A stretch of DNA of 39,827 nucleotides. It comes from Paraspadella gotoi. Taxonomy: Eukaryota > Animalia > Chaetognatha. Position 1 is the stretch's first letter. Every line of letters begins with the position of its first letter. The notes beneath the pieces are model-generated. The model had not been told where the DNA came from and did no database searches. It saw only the letters and a program-made list of their open reading frames with translations. The stretch is taken from contig CM119268.1 of the NCBI GenBank assembly GCA_051294375.1, positions 19,215,996-19,255,822 on the forward strand, in the 5' to 3' direction. Made by a program: the position numbers and the translations under genes. Positions 8,838 through 20,145 of this stretch are shown here, piece by piece.

Positions 8838-10477
8838 TCAACAATGGGGGATGCTGACGATTGGTCGGGTCATTGGTTCTGTATAGGCTGAGAGGCTATT
8901 GTGGTGGAGTGCGACATGGACGGGTCCGGGTAGAGACCCAGGCGAAAGAGGCCATAGTGCAACTCGAATATCTCTCAGCTTGATAAACCTGCCGACGGCC
9001 CTCGTCGCTGCCGTTGAGCGAGGCGGCGGTGCTGGTCTGTTTTCGACCTGTTTTGGCAACGGAAATTCACAAGGACTCCCTCTCCTCCTCCTGTAACCGT
9101 TCTTTTGGTGCGCGCCGATCCGAGAGAGTCGGACTGGTTGTTGCAGAGAGGATGAGGCATCGACATCCTTGCGTATCAGGTGAGTCTCGCCTGCGCCCGT
9201 TTGAGTGGGGACAGGAGAGTCAGTCGTGAGGCTGTGTGGAAAGGGCCTCCACCACACTTTTAAAAGCAATCATAGCTAGGAGGGAGGTCGAATCGTCCTC
9301 CATCACGGTTCAGAGAAGCTCGAGGGCTTTGATGTAAATCGCCTCTCTAATTACCTCTTGAGAACCGAGTTTGGGTCATGTAGACAGCACAAAGACTCAG
9401 TTCTCTGAACAGATGCGCAGAGTTTTGCCCGAATGCTCTCTACTGCCGGGACAGGAAGGACCACGTGAGTCACTGTAGGTTTTTGTGTGTTGTTTGAAGC
9501 CGATCTGTCAGAGCTTCCCTGTCTCACCCACGTTGCTTGCTGTGCAGCTTGGTTGCCCGCCCCTGCACAGGCCGCCCAATAGACGGCTCCTGATGTTTTC
9601 GGTCTGGGGATTTTGTCTTTCGGTTGCACCAAAATGCTCACGTTAAAGAGCCGGGGTTCCTCACTGAAGTGGAGATCCCCTGCTTCTAGCACCGCCCCAA
9701 TGTTCAGTGATCCCTGGTGGTAGGGAGGGACAAAGGTAACCCCACGTTCTAGGACGCTTCTGCTTAGTTTTCCAGTTGCGCTGTGGTGGCGCGGGTAGGT
9801 GTTCGCAGAAGGTCCTGCCCTTCCTCCTGGGGGTTGGAGGTTGGACTTGCGTCAGCTACTTGGGCAGCCCCTTGGTGGCCACTGCCCTCAACCAGGTTCT
9901 GCCGCATACCTGGCCTTTTTCGTAAGCCCACAGGAGGTAACCACTTGAGCGCAAGGCCCTTCTGACAGTCTCAAGCTCGGCGCCCGGAGCTCGGGTCGAC
10001 GGAATCAGAGCGCTCTCCTGGTAAGGGACCTGACGTGGCAGCTTGTGAGACAAGGGCATGTATCAAAGATTTGGGTCAGTGTGGGTTGGTTTTGCGATAG
10101 ACAGAAAACCAATGAGCCGCCCTCTTTGCGCTTTAATAAGCTACATCGAGCATTGGAATTGCCCATTCAACCTCCTTTCACATGTCCACTGATACTTGCT
10201 TCAATGCTGTTCAGGTGGGTTAGAAGGGTATCGACCAGATCCCTTTTCACGGCCAAGTATTGGTATGTCTCTTTCCAGATACAGAAGAGGACTGACTTCT
10301 GCCCCATGCAGAGATCGGAAGGATTCAAAGCTTCCACTCATAGTCCGTTTCATATAAAAATCTGCCAGAGACTTTGATGTCGACTTGCCCCATCCTAAGG
10401 CACCAGCTGGCATAGTATTGTCCATCGAACCTGAAGTACGCCAGTTCCAGGCCAGGCCGCAGCAGTTCCAATGATAT
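8838..10477 (-). pseudogene. PLE ORF: C-terminal half of reverse transcriptase + GIY-YIG endonuclease + extension (frameshifted as assembled)
   Basis: Frame-bridged segments, using both copies: AYFRFDGQYY, DLVDTLLTHLNS, EVEWAIPMLDV, VYRK.THTDQ, ELETVRRALRSSGY, ILVQPKDKIPRPKTSGAVYWAAC, VGETG, REAIYIKALE, NRDGGRFDLPPSYD. These are typical of Penelope/Poseidon-type ORFs. Confidence 0.88.
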
Positions 10478-10848
10478 CATTTTGAGGCTTTGTCTTTTTC
10501 TTATTTTTTCTCTTACTCTTTCACTTACTATCCGCCAACATCTTTATTTTCAATTTCATCTAACTTCACTCCTTTAGTAATTTAATTTATCTGAAATTAA
10601 TTTAAATATTTTAGTTTGTTTGAAGTCTGTCTATTTATTAAATTTATCATTGTTGTACCCATTTTCTAATGTAATCTTCTTACCAAATCTTAACCTCTGC
10701 TTCTTCTGTCTCTCTCTCCCCTCATTCACAAAATTAATTTCTTTTCCCATCACATTCTCTCTCTCTCTCTCTACTAACTTAAACCTGTCCTCACATTCCC
10801 ACGTTTCCGGTCTCATATCTTTGTGGCCATTTCTTCTCTCTCTATTTC
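10477..10848 (+). repeat. Inverted copy of the PLE 3' tail (inverted pseudo-LTR)
   Basis: Reverse complement of ~8450-8820 (e.g. tttcaatttcatctaacttcactcc vs ggagtgaagttagatgaaattgaaa). Confidence 0.92.
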
Positions 10849-10873
10849 NNNNNNNNNNNNNNNNNNNNNNNNN

Positions 10874-13011
10874 TTCTTTCTTTCTTTCTTTCTTTCTTTC
10901 TCTCTTACTTTATTTTTTTATTTATTTTATTTTTTTGCTTATTTGCTTAGTTCTTTAGATTTTTTTAGTTTCTGACACGTATTTCCTTTTATTTTTGTTT
11001 CTTCTTCATTTTACGTTCTTTTTTTTAAATCTTTTTATATCCGCTTTCTTTTTATTTCCTTCTATTTCTTCTTATCGTCGGCGAAAATTCAATTTCTCCC
11101 AAAGGAAATCCAAAAAAAAGTTATCGCCCTCAAGAACGCTTTTCACCCCCCCCACCCGTGCCCCTCCCCCGCCCCCAGACGCCCCTTTCTTCCTTGCGAC
11201 ATTCTTCACCCCATTCTACTTCATTCTATCCGTTAACTTTCTATCCACTTGCTTCATACTACAAAATCTTCCTATCCTATTTTCCTTCTCTTTATATTTT
11301 TCTCTTCTCTCTTCACTTCTCTCTCTCAAGTTTTATTTTCCTTTAACCCTTTACCTGTTCCCAACTCCCTTCCTTTTCTTTCTTTCTCATTTCCCTTTCT
11401 TCCTTTCCTTTCGTTCTCTTCCAATTTCCCTTTCATTTCTTCCTTTTCTTTCCTTCTTTTCCCCATTTCTTCTTTTTCCTTTCCTTTCCCTTCTTTCTAA
11501 TTTGATTTCCTTTCTTCCTTTTCTTCCCTTCCTCTCCCCATTTCCTCTTCTTTCTTTTCTTTCCTTCCCTTTTCTGATTTCCTTTCCTTTCCTTTTCCTT
11601 TTTTCTATTTCATTTCCTTTCTTCCCAAATGCCCTCCTATCTTCCCTTCCTTTCATTTCTTTCCCCCAATTTCTTTCACAATCCTGGTTGGGGGGGCAGG
11701 ACCGGTGAGAAAGGCAGAGGCGCGACACAAAAGGGGTGTAGCTAAGGGGGGGATTGAAAGGTGCTCCTCGGGGGAAAAAGGGGGCGGGGTTTCGTTTTTG
11801 TCAGTTTCGTCCCCCATTCGTGGTCACTTATGGGAAGATAGCGGACGGATGCCTATCTCTTGCCTCTTTTACCCTTGCCTATTCCCCATATTCCATCTGG
11901 TGAGAGAAGAGAGAGAGAGGAGAGAGAGACGAGAGGAGAGAAGACGGAGAGATGGAGAGAGAGAGAGAGAGAGCATTCAAGGTCGGTTTTAAAGACAAAT
12001 TTGGCTTTTTGCGACTTTTTCTCGACGGGGGACGCCGTTGTCTATTCATTCCTCAGGGCGGCTTTATTCGATACTGTTGCTGGCGTTTTTAACGTTTTAT
12101 TTCTTTCTTGCTTGCACCCAAAGCACCTCGTACTCTCGCACAACCCCCTGGACTTTGGGCAACCCCGCCACCAGGTCCCTTTTAAGTCCCTTTTTGTTTT
12201 TAGCCGGACTGCTTAAAGCAGAATCCGCGGCTCTATAATTCACTTTGTCGGTCCGTCGATCCGCCCCTTCAATTCTTGTCGGGCATTCACTTTTATCATT
12301 GGTTCAAAAGAACATTCGAAATTTATAATAAATAATGCAAAAAAAATGAAATCAAATCCGTCCGTCCGTACCGTCGTTCCGTCCGTCCGTCCGTCCGTCC
12401 GTCCGTCCGTCCGTCCGTCGTCGCGTGCGTCCGTCCGTCCGTCCTCCGTCCGTCCGTCCGTCCGTCCTCCGTCCGTCCGTCCGTCCGTCCGTCCCCGTCC
12501 GTCCGTCCTTCCGTCCGAGTTTGTACAAATATAACTCGTTCCTCTTTCGATTTCTGTTTCGATCGCTCACTAAACAAGCTTACCTACCTTACCTCTCTCA
12601 TTCTCCAGCCCACCCCCTCCCTTCTTGACTCCCGCAAATGAGAAAAATGGCGTGAAATTTCGTCATCGACCGACCCTTGGCCCGAAAAGGTCGAGGATGA
12701 AATTGAGAAAAAGGCGGCGAAGAATTCAAACCGAAAAGAGTTTTCACTTTTTTTTTAAGGGGAGCGTGAAAAAATGAGTAGAGTTGAGATGAGCAAGAAT
12801 ATTTATGAAAAACAAGTAAAATTTGCGTGTTATTTAATTTTTAATCGATCAAACTAAATTAAATAATTGATCTTGAAGAATGAAGACAAAGTCTGTTACA
12901 AGCAACGATTTTATATTTTAATGTACAGACAAGTTTCGGCTTTCATTCAAGCCTTTCAATCAGTGCTTTGACAATTCACAGTTTTCATGTTTTCCAAATT
13001 ACTTGGAACAG

Positions 13012-13045
<34 letters not shown>

Positions 13046-15442
13046 GAGAGAGAAGAAATGGCCAACAAAGATATGAGACAGACAGTGGTGAAATGTGAGG
13101 ACAGGTTAAGTTAGTTAGAGAGAGAGAGAGAGAATGTGAGGGAAAAGAAATTAAATTTGTGAATGAGGGAGAGAGAGACAGAGAAGCAGAGGTTAACATT
13201 TGGTAAGAAGAGTTACATTAATAGAAAATGGTACACAATGATTAAATTAATAAATAGACAGACTTAACAAACTAAAATATTTAAATTATTCAGATAAATT
13301 AATTAATAAAAGGAGTGAAGTTTAGATGAAATTGAAATAAAGATGTGTGAGGGAAGGTAAGTGAAAGAGTAGAGAAAAATAAAGAGAAAAAGAAAAAGCT
13401 CAAAATGAGCTGGCCCCCCCGGTGTCAACAATGGGGGATGCTGACGATTGGTCGGCGTCATTGGTTTTGTATAGGCTGAGAGGCTATTGTGGTGGAGTGC
13501 GACATGGACGGGTCCGGGTAGAGACCCAGGCGAAAGAGGCCATAGTGCAACTCGAATATCTCTCAGCTGATAAACCTGCCGACGGCCCTCGTCGCTGCCG
13601 TTGGCGAGGCGCGGCTGCGGTTGTTTTCGACCTGTTTGCAACGGGAAATTACAGACTCCCTCTCCTCCTCCTGTAACCGTCTTTTTGGTGGCGCGCCGAT
13701 CCGAGAGAGTCGGACTGGGTTGTTGCAGTAGAGGATGAGGCATGACATCCCTTGCGTATCAGGGAGTCTCCGCCTGCGCCCGTTTGAGTGGGACAGGAGA
13801 GTCAGTCGTGGGCTGTGTGGAAAGGCGTCCACCACACTTTTAATAAGCGAATCATAGTAGGAGGGAGGTCGAATCGTCCTCCATCACGGTTCAGAGAGCT
13901 CGAGGGCTTTGATGTAAATCGCCTCTCTAATTACCTCTTGAAACCGAGTTTGGTCATGTAGGACAGCACAAAGACATCAGTTTCTCTGAACAGATGCCAG
14001 ATTTTGCCCGAATGCTTTTCTACTGCCGGACAGGAAGTGACCACGTGAGTCACGGTAGGTTTTTGTGTGTTGTTTGAACCGATTGTCAGAGCATTCCCTG
14101 TCTCACCCACGTTGCTTGCTGTGCAGCTTGGTTGCCCGCCCCTGCACAGGCCCGCCCGAATAGACGGCTCCTGATGTTTTCGTCTGGGGATTTTGTCTTT
14201 CGGTTTCACCAAAATGCTCACGTTAAGAGCCGCGGGTCTCACTGAAGTGGAGACCCCTGCTTCTAGCACCGCCCCCAATGTTCATGATCCCTGGGTGGTA
14301 GGGAGGGCAAAGGTAACCCCACGTTCTTAGGACGCTTCTGCTTAGTTTTCCAGTTGCGCTGTGTGGCGCGGTAAGGCTGTTCGCTAGCAAGGTCCTGCCC
14401 TTCCTCCTGGGGGTTGGAGGTTGGACTTGCGTCAGCCTACTTGGGCAGCCCCTTGGTGGCCACTGCCCTCAAACCAGTTCTGCCGATACCTGGCCTTTTT
14501 CGTAAGCCCACAGAGAGGTAACCACTTGAGCGCCAAGGCCTTCTGACGCTCAAGCTCGGCGCCCGGAGCTCAGGGTCGACGAAGTCACGGAGCGCTTCTG
14601 GTTAAGGGACCTGACCGTGGCAGCTTGTGAGACAAGGGGCATGTATTATCTATAGGATGTTGGTCAGTGGGGTTGGTTTGCGATAGACAGAAAATCCCAT
14701 ATGAGCCGCCCTCTTTGCGCCTTTAATAAGCACATCGAGCATTGGAATTGCCCATTCAACCTCTTTGCACATGTCCACTGATACTTGCTTCAATGCTGTT
14801 CAGGTGTGGTTAGAAGGGTATCGACCAGATCCCTTTTCAACGGCCAGTATTGGTATCGTCTGCTTTCCAGATACCAGAAGAGGACTGACTCTGCCCCATG
14901 CAAGATCGGAAGATTTCCAAAGCTCCACCTCATAGTCCGTTTCCATATAAAAATCTGCCAAGGACTTTGATGTCGACTTGCCCCATCCCTAAGCCACCAG
15001 GCTGGCATAGGTATTGTCCATCGAACCTGAAGTACGCCAGTTCCAGGTCCAGGCCGCAGCAGTTGCCATGATATCATTTTGAGGCTTTTCTTTTTTCTTA
15101 TTTTTCCTTACTCTTTCACTTACTATCCGCCAACATCTTTATTTCAATTTCATCTAACTTCACTCCTTTATTAATTTAATTTATCTGAATTAATTTAAAT
15201 ATTTTAGTTTGTTTGAAGTCTGTCTATTTATTAAATTTATCATTGTTGTACCATTTTCTAATGTAATCTTCTTACCAAAATGCTTAACCTCTGCTTCTTC
15301 TGTCTCTCTCTCCCTTCATTCACAAATTAATTTCTTTTCCCATAGCATTCCTCTCTCTCTCTCTCTACTAACTTTAAACCTGTCCTCACATTCCCACGTT
15401 CCTGTCTCATATCTGTGTGGCCATTTCTTCTCTCTCTATTTC
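10874..15442 (+). repeat. Indel-rich second copy of ~6310-10848 (probable assembly/haplotype redundancy)
   Basis: Collinear near-identity, mostly 1-nt indels; bounded by exactly 25-N gaps (10849-10873, 15443-15467); ends at the same base context as the first copy. Confidence 0.9.
12872..15442 (-). mobile_element. Second assembled copy of the Penelope-like element (ORF ~13425-15074, hammerhead ~12925-12966, inverted tail 15074-15442)
   Basis: Same flanks, truncation point and inversion junction (atgatatcat) as 8282-10848, but different frameshifts. Confidence 0.88.
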
Positions 15443-15467
15443 NNNNNNNNNNNNNNNNNNNNNNNNN

Positions 15468-15787
15468 GAGAGAGAGAGAGAGAGAGAGAGAGAGAGCATT
15501 CAAGGTCGGTTTAAGAGACAAATTTGGTTTTTGCGACTTTTCTCGACGGGGGACGCCGTGTCTATCATTCCTCAGGGCGGCTTTATTCGATACTGCTTGC
15601 TGGCGTTTTTAACGTTTATTTCTTTCTTGCTTGCACCCAAGCACCCTCGTACTCTCGCAACCCCCTGGCACTTGGGCACCCTGCCACCAGGTCCCTTTTA
15701 AGTCTCTTTTTTGTTTTTAGCCGGACCTGCTTAAAGCAGAATCCGGCTCTATAATTCACTTTGTCGGTCCGTCGATCCGCCGCCTAA
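15468..15787 (+). repeat. Further copy of ~7362-7685
   Basis: gagcattcaaggtcgg...ccgtcgatccgcc is collinear with the first copy. Confidence 0.9.
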
Positions 15788-16046
15788 TTCTCATCTAGTC
15801 AGAAAGTTTAACAAATTTAGACCCCTCGCTCAGACTAGAGGGAGAGGGGGCAAAAAACATTAAATTGATATTTAAAAAAAAAAAAGTAGTCAGTCAAACA
15901 CCATTGCCAGGTTGCATTAAGCCAGCAGGAAGAAGTAAAGCACTGGAGCAATTTTGCAAGACCAAAAGTCGGTAACCGAAAAACTGCCTCAGAATAAAAA
16001 TCTCGTTTTGATTTAAATTGGAAAATCCATGAGTTTTTCCTCAAGT

Positions 16047-16097
16047 TGGTTAGGCAGCCGGTTGGACTCGAACCACGCCTCCGACAGAGGACTGGTG
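16047..16097 (-). pseudogene. Copy of the tRNA-Leu 3' fragment
   Basis: tggttaggcagccggttggactcgaaccacgcctccgacagaggactggtg, an indel-containing version of 1197-1243. Confidence 0.7.
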
Positions 16098-16628
16098 AAA
16101 AAAAAAAAAGAAAAACAATTTAAGCAAACTGCAAGGCGTCGGTTATGTTTCAAAACATTATTCGCGCGCATTGCTATTGCATACGATAAAAAGAGGATTA
16201 TAACGGAATAAGGCTTAAATGTCAAATACTTATGTATTTCCTTACCTTTTGACGTCTTTATTATGTATAAGAAATCTTGCAATGATTAAGTTTAATTATC
16301 GTAAATTAGCGTTAATAAAATGTCTTGATAAAAATAAGTTTTCATTAAAAATTAAACCTATACAAGGACTTACCCAAAATCTAACCAATGCTTAATCAAA
16401 ATACTATGTACACCTTGCCAGAAGCCATTTTATATTACTACAAATAAGTACTTCCGCAAAATATTTTAAACTTTAAGTATATAGAATGAAGATTTAAGTA
16501 TTCAAACATTTAGTATTCAAACATTTTTTCTTCCACACCCTCGCAGGAGAAACCGAGCATTGCCTTTGCTGCATAAAAAAAACATAATATCAAAGAATTT
16601 TTCCATAAACAATTAATATATGGTCCAG

Positions 16629-16862
16629 CGTCGCCCTAGGGACGATTCGCCAAAGGCAACGTCAGTTTAAAGGCGCGTAAAACGCCGTTCACGAAAAGAT
16701 GGCGCTCGCTGTACCGAAGGAGCGTGCGCCGAGATTTGGCGTCGCTTCTCCCACCGTGGCCGCTCAACGAAGAAGATCGACGCTAAGGATCGCAGAAAGA
16801 ATGGAGAGGCGAGTGGTGAGAGAATTATTTGATTACGGCAGAGAAGTTAAAGAAGTTGTTAG
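16629..16862 (+). pseudogene. Frameshifted copy of the sulfotransferase terminal exon
   Basis: Collinear with 1754-1978; many single-base indels, likely read errors. Confidence 0.65.
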
Positions 16863-19214
16863 AATTAAGAATATGAGGAAGATTAAGATTAAAGAAGTTG
16901 TTAAGAATGAAGAGGAACCGGGTTAGATATATTTATTTGATTACGGAGAGAAGATTAAGAAGTTGTAAGAATAAGAAGATTGAGAAGATTAAGATTAAGA
17001 AGTTGTTAGAATGAGAGGAACCGGGTTGGAGAATTTATCATTAATTACGGAAGAGAAGATAAGAAGTTGTTAGGATTAAGAAGATTGAGAGATTAAGATT
17101 AAGAAGTTGTAGAATGAAGAGGAACCGGGTTGGAGAATTTATTTAATTACGGAAGAAGATTAAGAAGTTGTAAATAAGAAGATTGAGAAGATTAAGATTA
17201 AGGAAGTGTAGAATGAAGAGGAAGCGGGTTGATAATTTATTTGTATTACTGAGAGAAAGATTAAGAAGTTGTGAACAATGAATATGTTTGTTATATAGTA
17301 TAAGAAAATTCCTTTGGTTAACGTTAGTGTTAGAAAAGTTAGATTAACCGGCAAGGGAATATTAAAGACCGATAGCGTCAGTAATCAAAAACTTTGGAAT
17401 GATTTCAATCTTGACATTCCGTCAAATTTTCGCGTCTCGTCTCATCGTCAGAATTTTTCTTTTAGAAAAATAATCGAGTCAGTATATTCTTCTAAGTATG
17501 CAAACAATTTGAGCGTACGGATTTGTATTTTTTATATTTTGTCTGACTGTAAATATTTTTCAACATTCATATTTATCGTTTTTTTTACTAACATTTTTAC
17601 GTTCCTTGTCATTTTGTGACGTCATCTTAAAACGCCCCATGATTATGATAGGAACACAGTAACAGTCTATCTTTAGATTATTATGCAAAAAATTGTATAA
17701 ACACCTTATTTTATGAGTCGAGATTCCAAAAAAGCTTTTAAAATTCAAAACATTTTGACTTAACCTGATGGTCTATGTCAACATTGGGTCCATATTGTCG
17801 TTGTCGTTCCATTCCATTGTGACATGGTCAATTAAAGTAACCGGAGCTAAACACCTTTAATCTGTAATCAATTCCTAATTTCATTCTTAGAATAGACCGT
17901 AAAATCACTGACGTTGAGCCAAAAGACCTTATTAGAAAAAAAGATCACAACCATCTATTGACAGATACAATACCAAAAAAAAAAAAGAATTTCAATGAAT
18001 TTGCTTATATTTCGACTCCACTGAATTGCGTGAAGGAACTCACTAATTAAAGCGTTTCTTTTCTCAATTTCAAAAACAGGAATTCTCTTTCTGCACTGAT
18101 GATCTTTCGTTAGCGTTCACAACGGTATTCACCAAGCTTGATTTATTGTTCACAAGTAATTTTGTTGTTTAAACAGAAAATTAAAAAATCATGGAATGAA
18201 AATAACTTAATTGAAGGAAAAAACTAATTGCGCGGCAATCAATTTGTCATAAAGAACATAATTAAGGCTATTTTAGAACGTTGTGCAGACGAAGATGTCT
18301 GTGACATTCTACGATTTAGATTAATTTAGTACGTGGTTTTGTTCTTGTTAAGAAACGAATTTAAACATTCGAACGAAAAAATTGAAAGTACTCTTTTGGC
18401 TACATTCGTTGTAACAGGTAAAACAGAGAAACAACTTGTAAGAGAAAAAAACATTGTACACTAAACGGATAATTGGTATTCATGGTTAACAATTTTTTTG
18501 CGCTGCCAACTCCGCAGAGAGTCAAAAGAAAGGAGAGAGAGAGGCTGAGGAAAGATAAAGCGTAAAAATTATAATCGTATTTACAACTATGTTTATTTAT
18601 AATGCATGATTTTTTCTCGGAGAAATTCCAGTTATCACATGTCATTTAATAACAAAGTTACACCATTTGTGTTGAGATATTGACAACAATTTTTAACTTC
18701 AAGATCGGGGATAATTTAAGCGACGTTTAGTATATTTTTGTTTTTGATTCCAAAATCATTTCGTTCGGTGCTCGGTTGTTCGTATCGGCGAACCCCATAT
18801 AAAAGTCGTATAAGTTATCATTAAATGATATGTTTATAAAAATCGGAATCAAATCAGAATCGACCATGTTAAAGAACTTTATTTTTATCGAGTATTAAAA
18901 TAAGAGAAAAATTGATTTTTAATACTGAACGATGTGGGAAAATTGAGAGAGAAATTCTGGAAAAAAGACGGAAAGAGGAGAGACCAGAGACAGGGAGATG
19001 CCATTATTCCGTTTTCTTTGGCTCTAAAAGCTGGCTTTTTTAAAAAGCGAAGAATCGAGAAAGGGACGAGCGTTTAATTTAAAAATAAAACAAAACAATG
19101 AATGAGTATAAACAGATATTAATAATGTAAAGGGAAAGATGACAATAACAAGCCCGAATCCCGACTTGGAAAAAATATTTTAAAAACCATGACTTGTTGC
19201 TTTTATTTAAAACC

Positions 19215-19815
19215 TCATCTCTCGCAGCGACGGCGGCGCCACAGCGTTCGGTGGATTGCATTTACCAAAGCGAAGCGCTTCTTAAAGGAGCATCCGAAGG
19301 AGCGGCCGAACGTGTCGACGTGATAGCCGGTTGGAGCATTGCGCCATTACGGCTTCGAGTCGGTGCTCGGGAAGAGGAGCTAAGAACTTAGGTTGCTAGG
19401 AGCGGATTGAGTCGTCGAGTATCGTCGACCGCGGAGGTAACCTGGAGCGGGAGCACGAGTAAATAAATTATATTAAATATACAAGTACAATAAACAAACT
19501 ACGTACTTATATTTATTCAAGGAATTTAAATAAAATTAATTCTGAGGTTTCAAAACATAGTTTTATAAATAAAACGAAAAAATATCAGGCAAATACATAA
19601 GATTCAACAGCAATATAGAGAATTAGCTAACCATGACAACAGCAATAACAAGCGTTTGTTACCCGATTGAATCGACGTCGCCTGCGCCACGGCGTGCGCC
19701 ATCTTCATTGTAACCGCGCTACCAACTTTCCTCCTCTGTGTCTAACTTGCGCGTTCTGATCCAGGTAGTGTTCAGTCGGTCCTGTCCGCTCGTGAAAGAG
19801 AGAGATGAGAGAGAG

Positions 19816-19851
<36 letters not shown>

Positions 19852-20145
19852 GAGAGAGAGTAAGGAATCGCTTTCGGAAACGAAAACCTACGAAAAAAAT
19901 TCACCGACCATCACATGTAACTTTTCACACCAAATGATTCATCCCTACACGAATGAGATTCCAGTTCGAGTTGACAGAATATTACACTCTTCCCCCTCAC
20001 TTTCAACCCCCCCTACGCACTACCACGCAAGATACATGTGATCCGCGTGAGCATTCGGAGAGAGAAGGAGGCACGCCGTTGGTGTTGGGGAGATTGATCG
20101 GCGGGCTTGGGTGACGGTTAAAGGGAAACAGGTTCGCCTTTTGTC
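19215..20145 (-). pseudogene. Frameshifted copy of the three C1orf87-like exons
   Basis: Collinear with 4310-5221; many single-base indels. Confidence 0.65.

Larger units (their letters stand above)
8282..10848 (-). mobile_element. 5'-truncated Penelope-like retroelement (RT + C-terminal GIY-YIG) with inverted pseudo-LTR
   Basis: Minus-strand RT/GIY-YIG motifs; 3' tail 8820-8282 carries a hammerhead; 10477-10848 is the reverse complement of ~8450-8820; the right end runs into an N gap. Confidence 0.9.

Noticed and set aside
8450-10848. DNA transposon with 370-bp TIRs
   Set aside because: The interior encodes RT + GIY-YIG and the repeat is the element's own 3' tail, i.e. a Penelope inverted pLTR.
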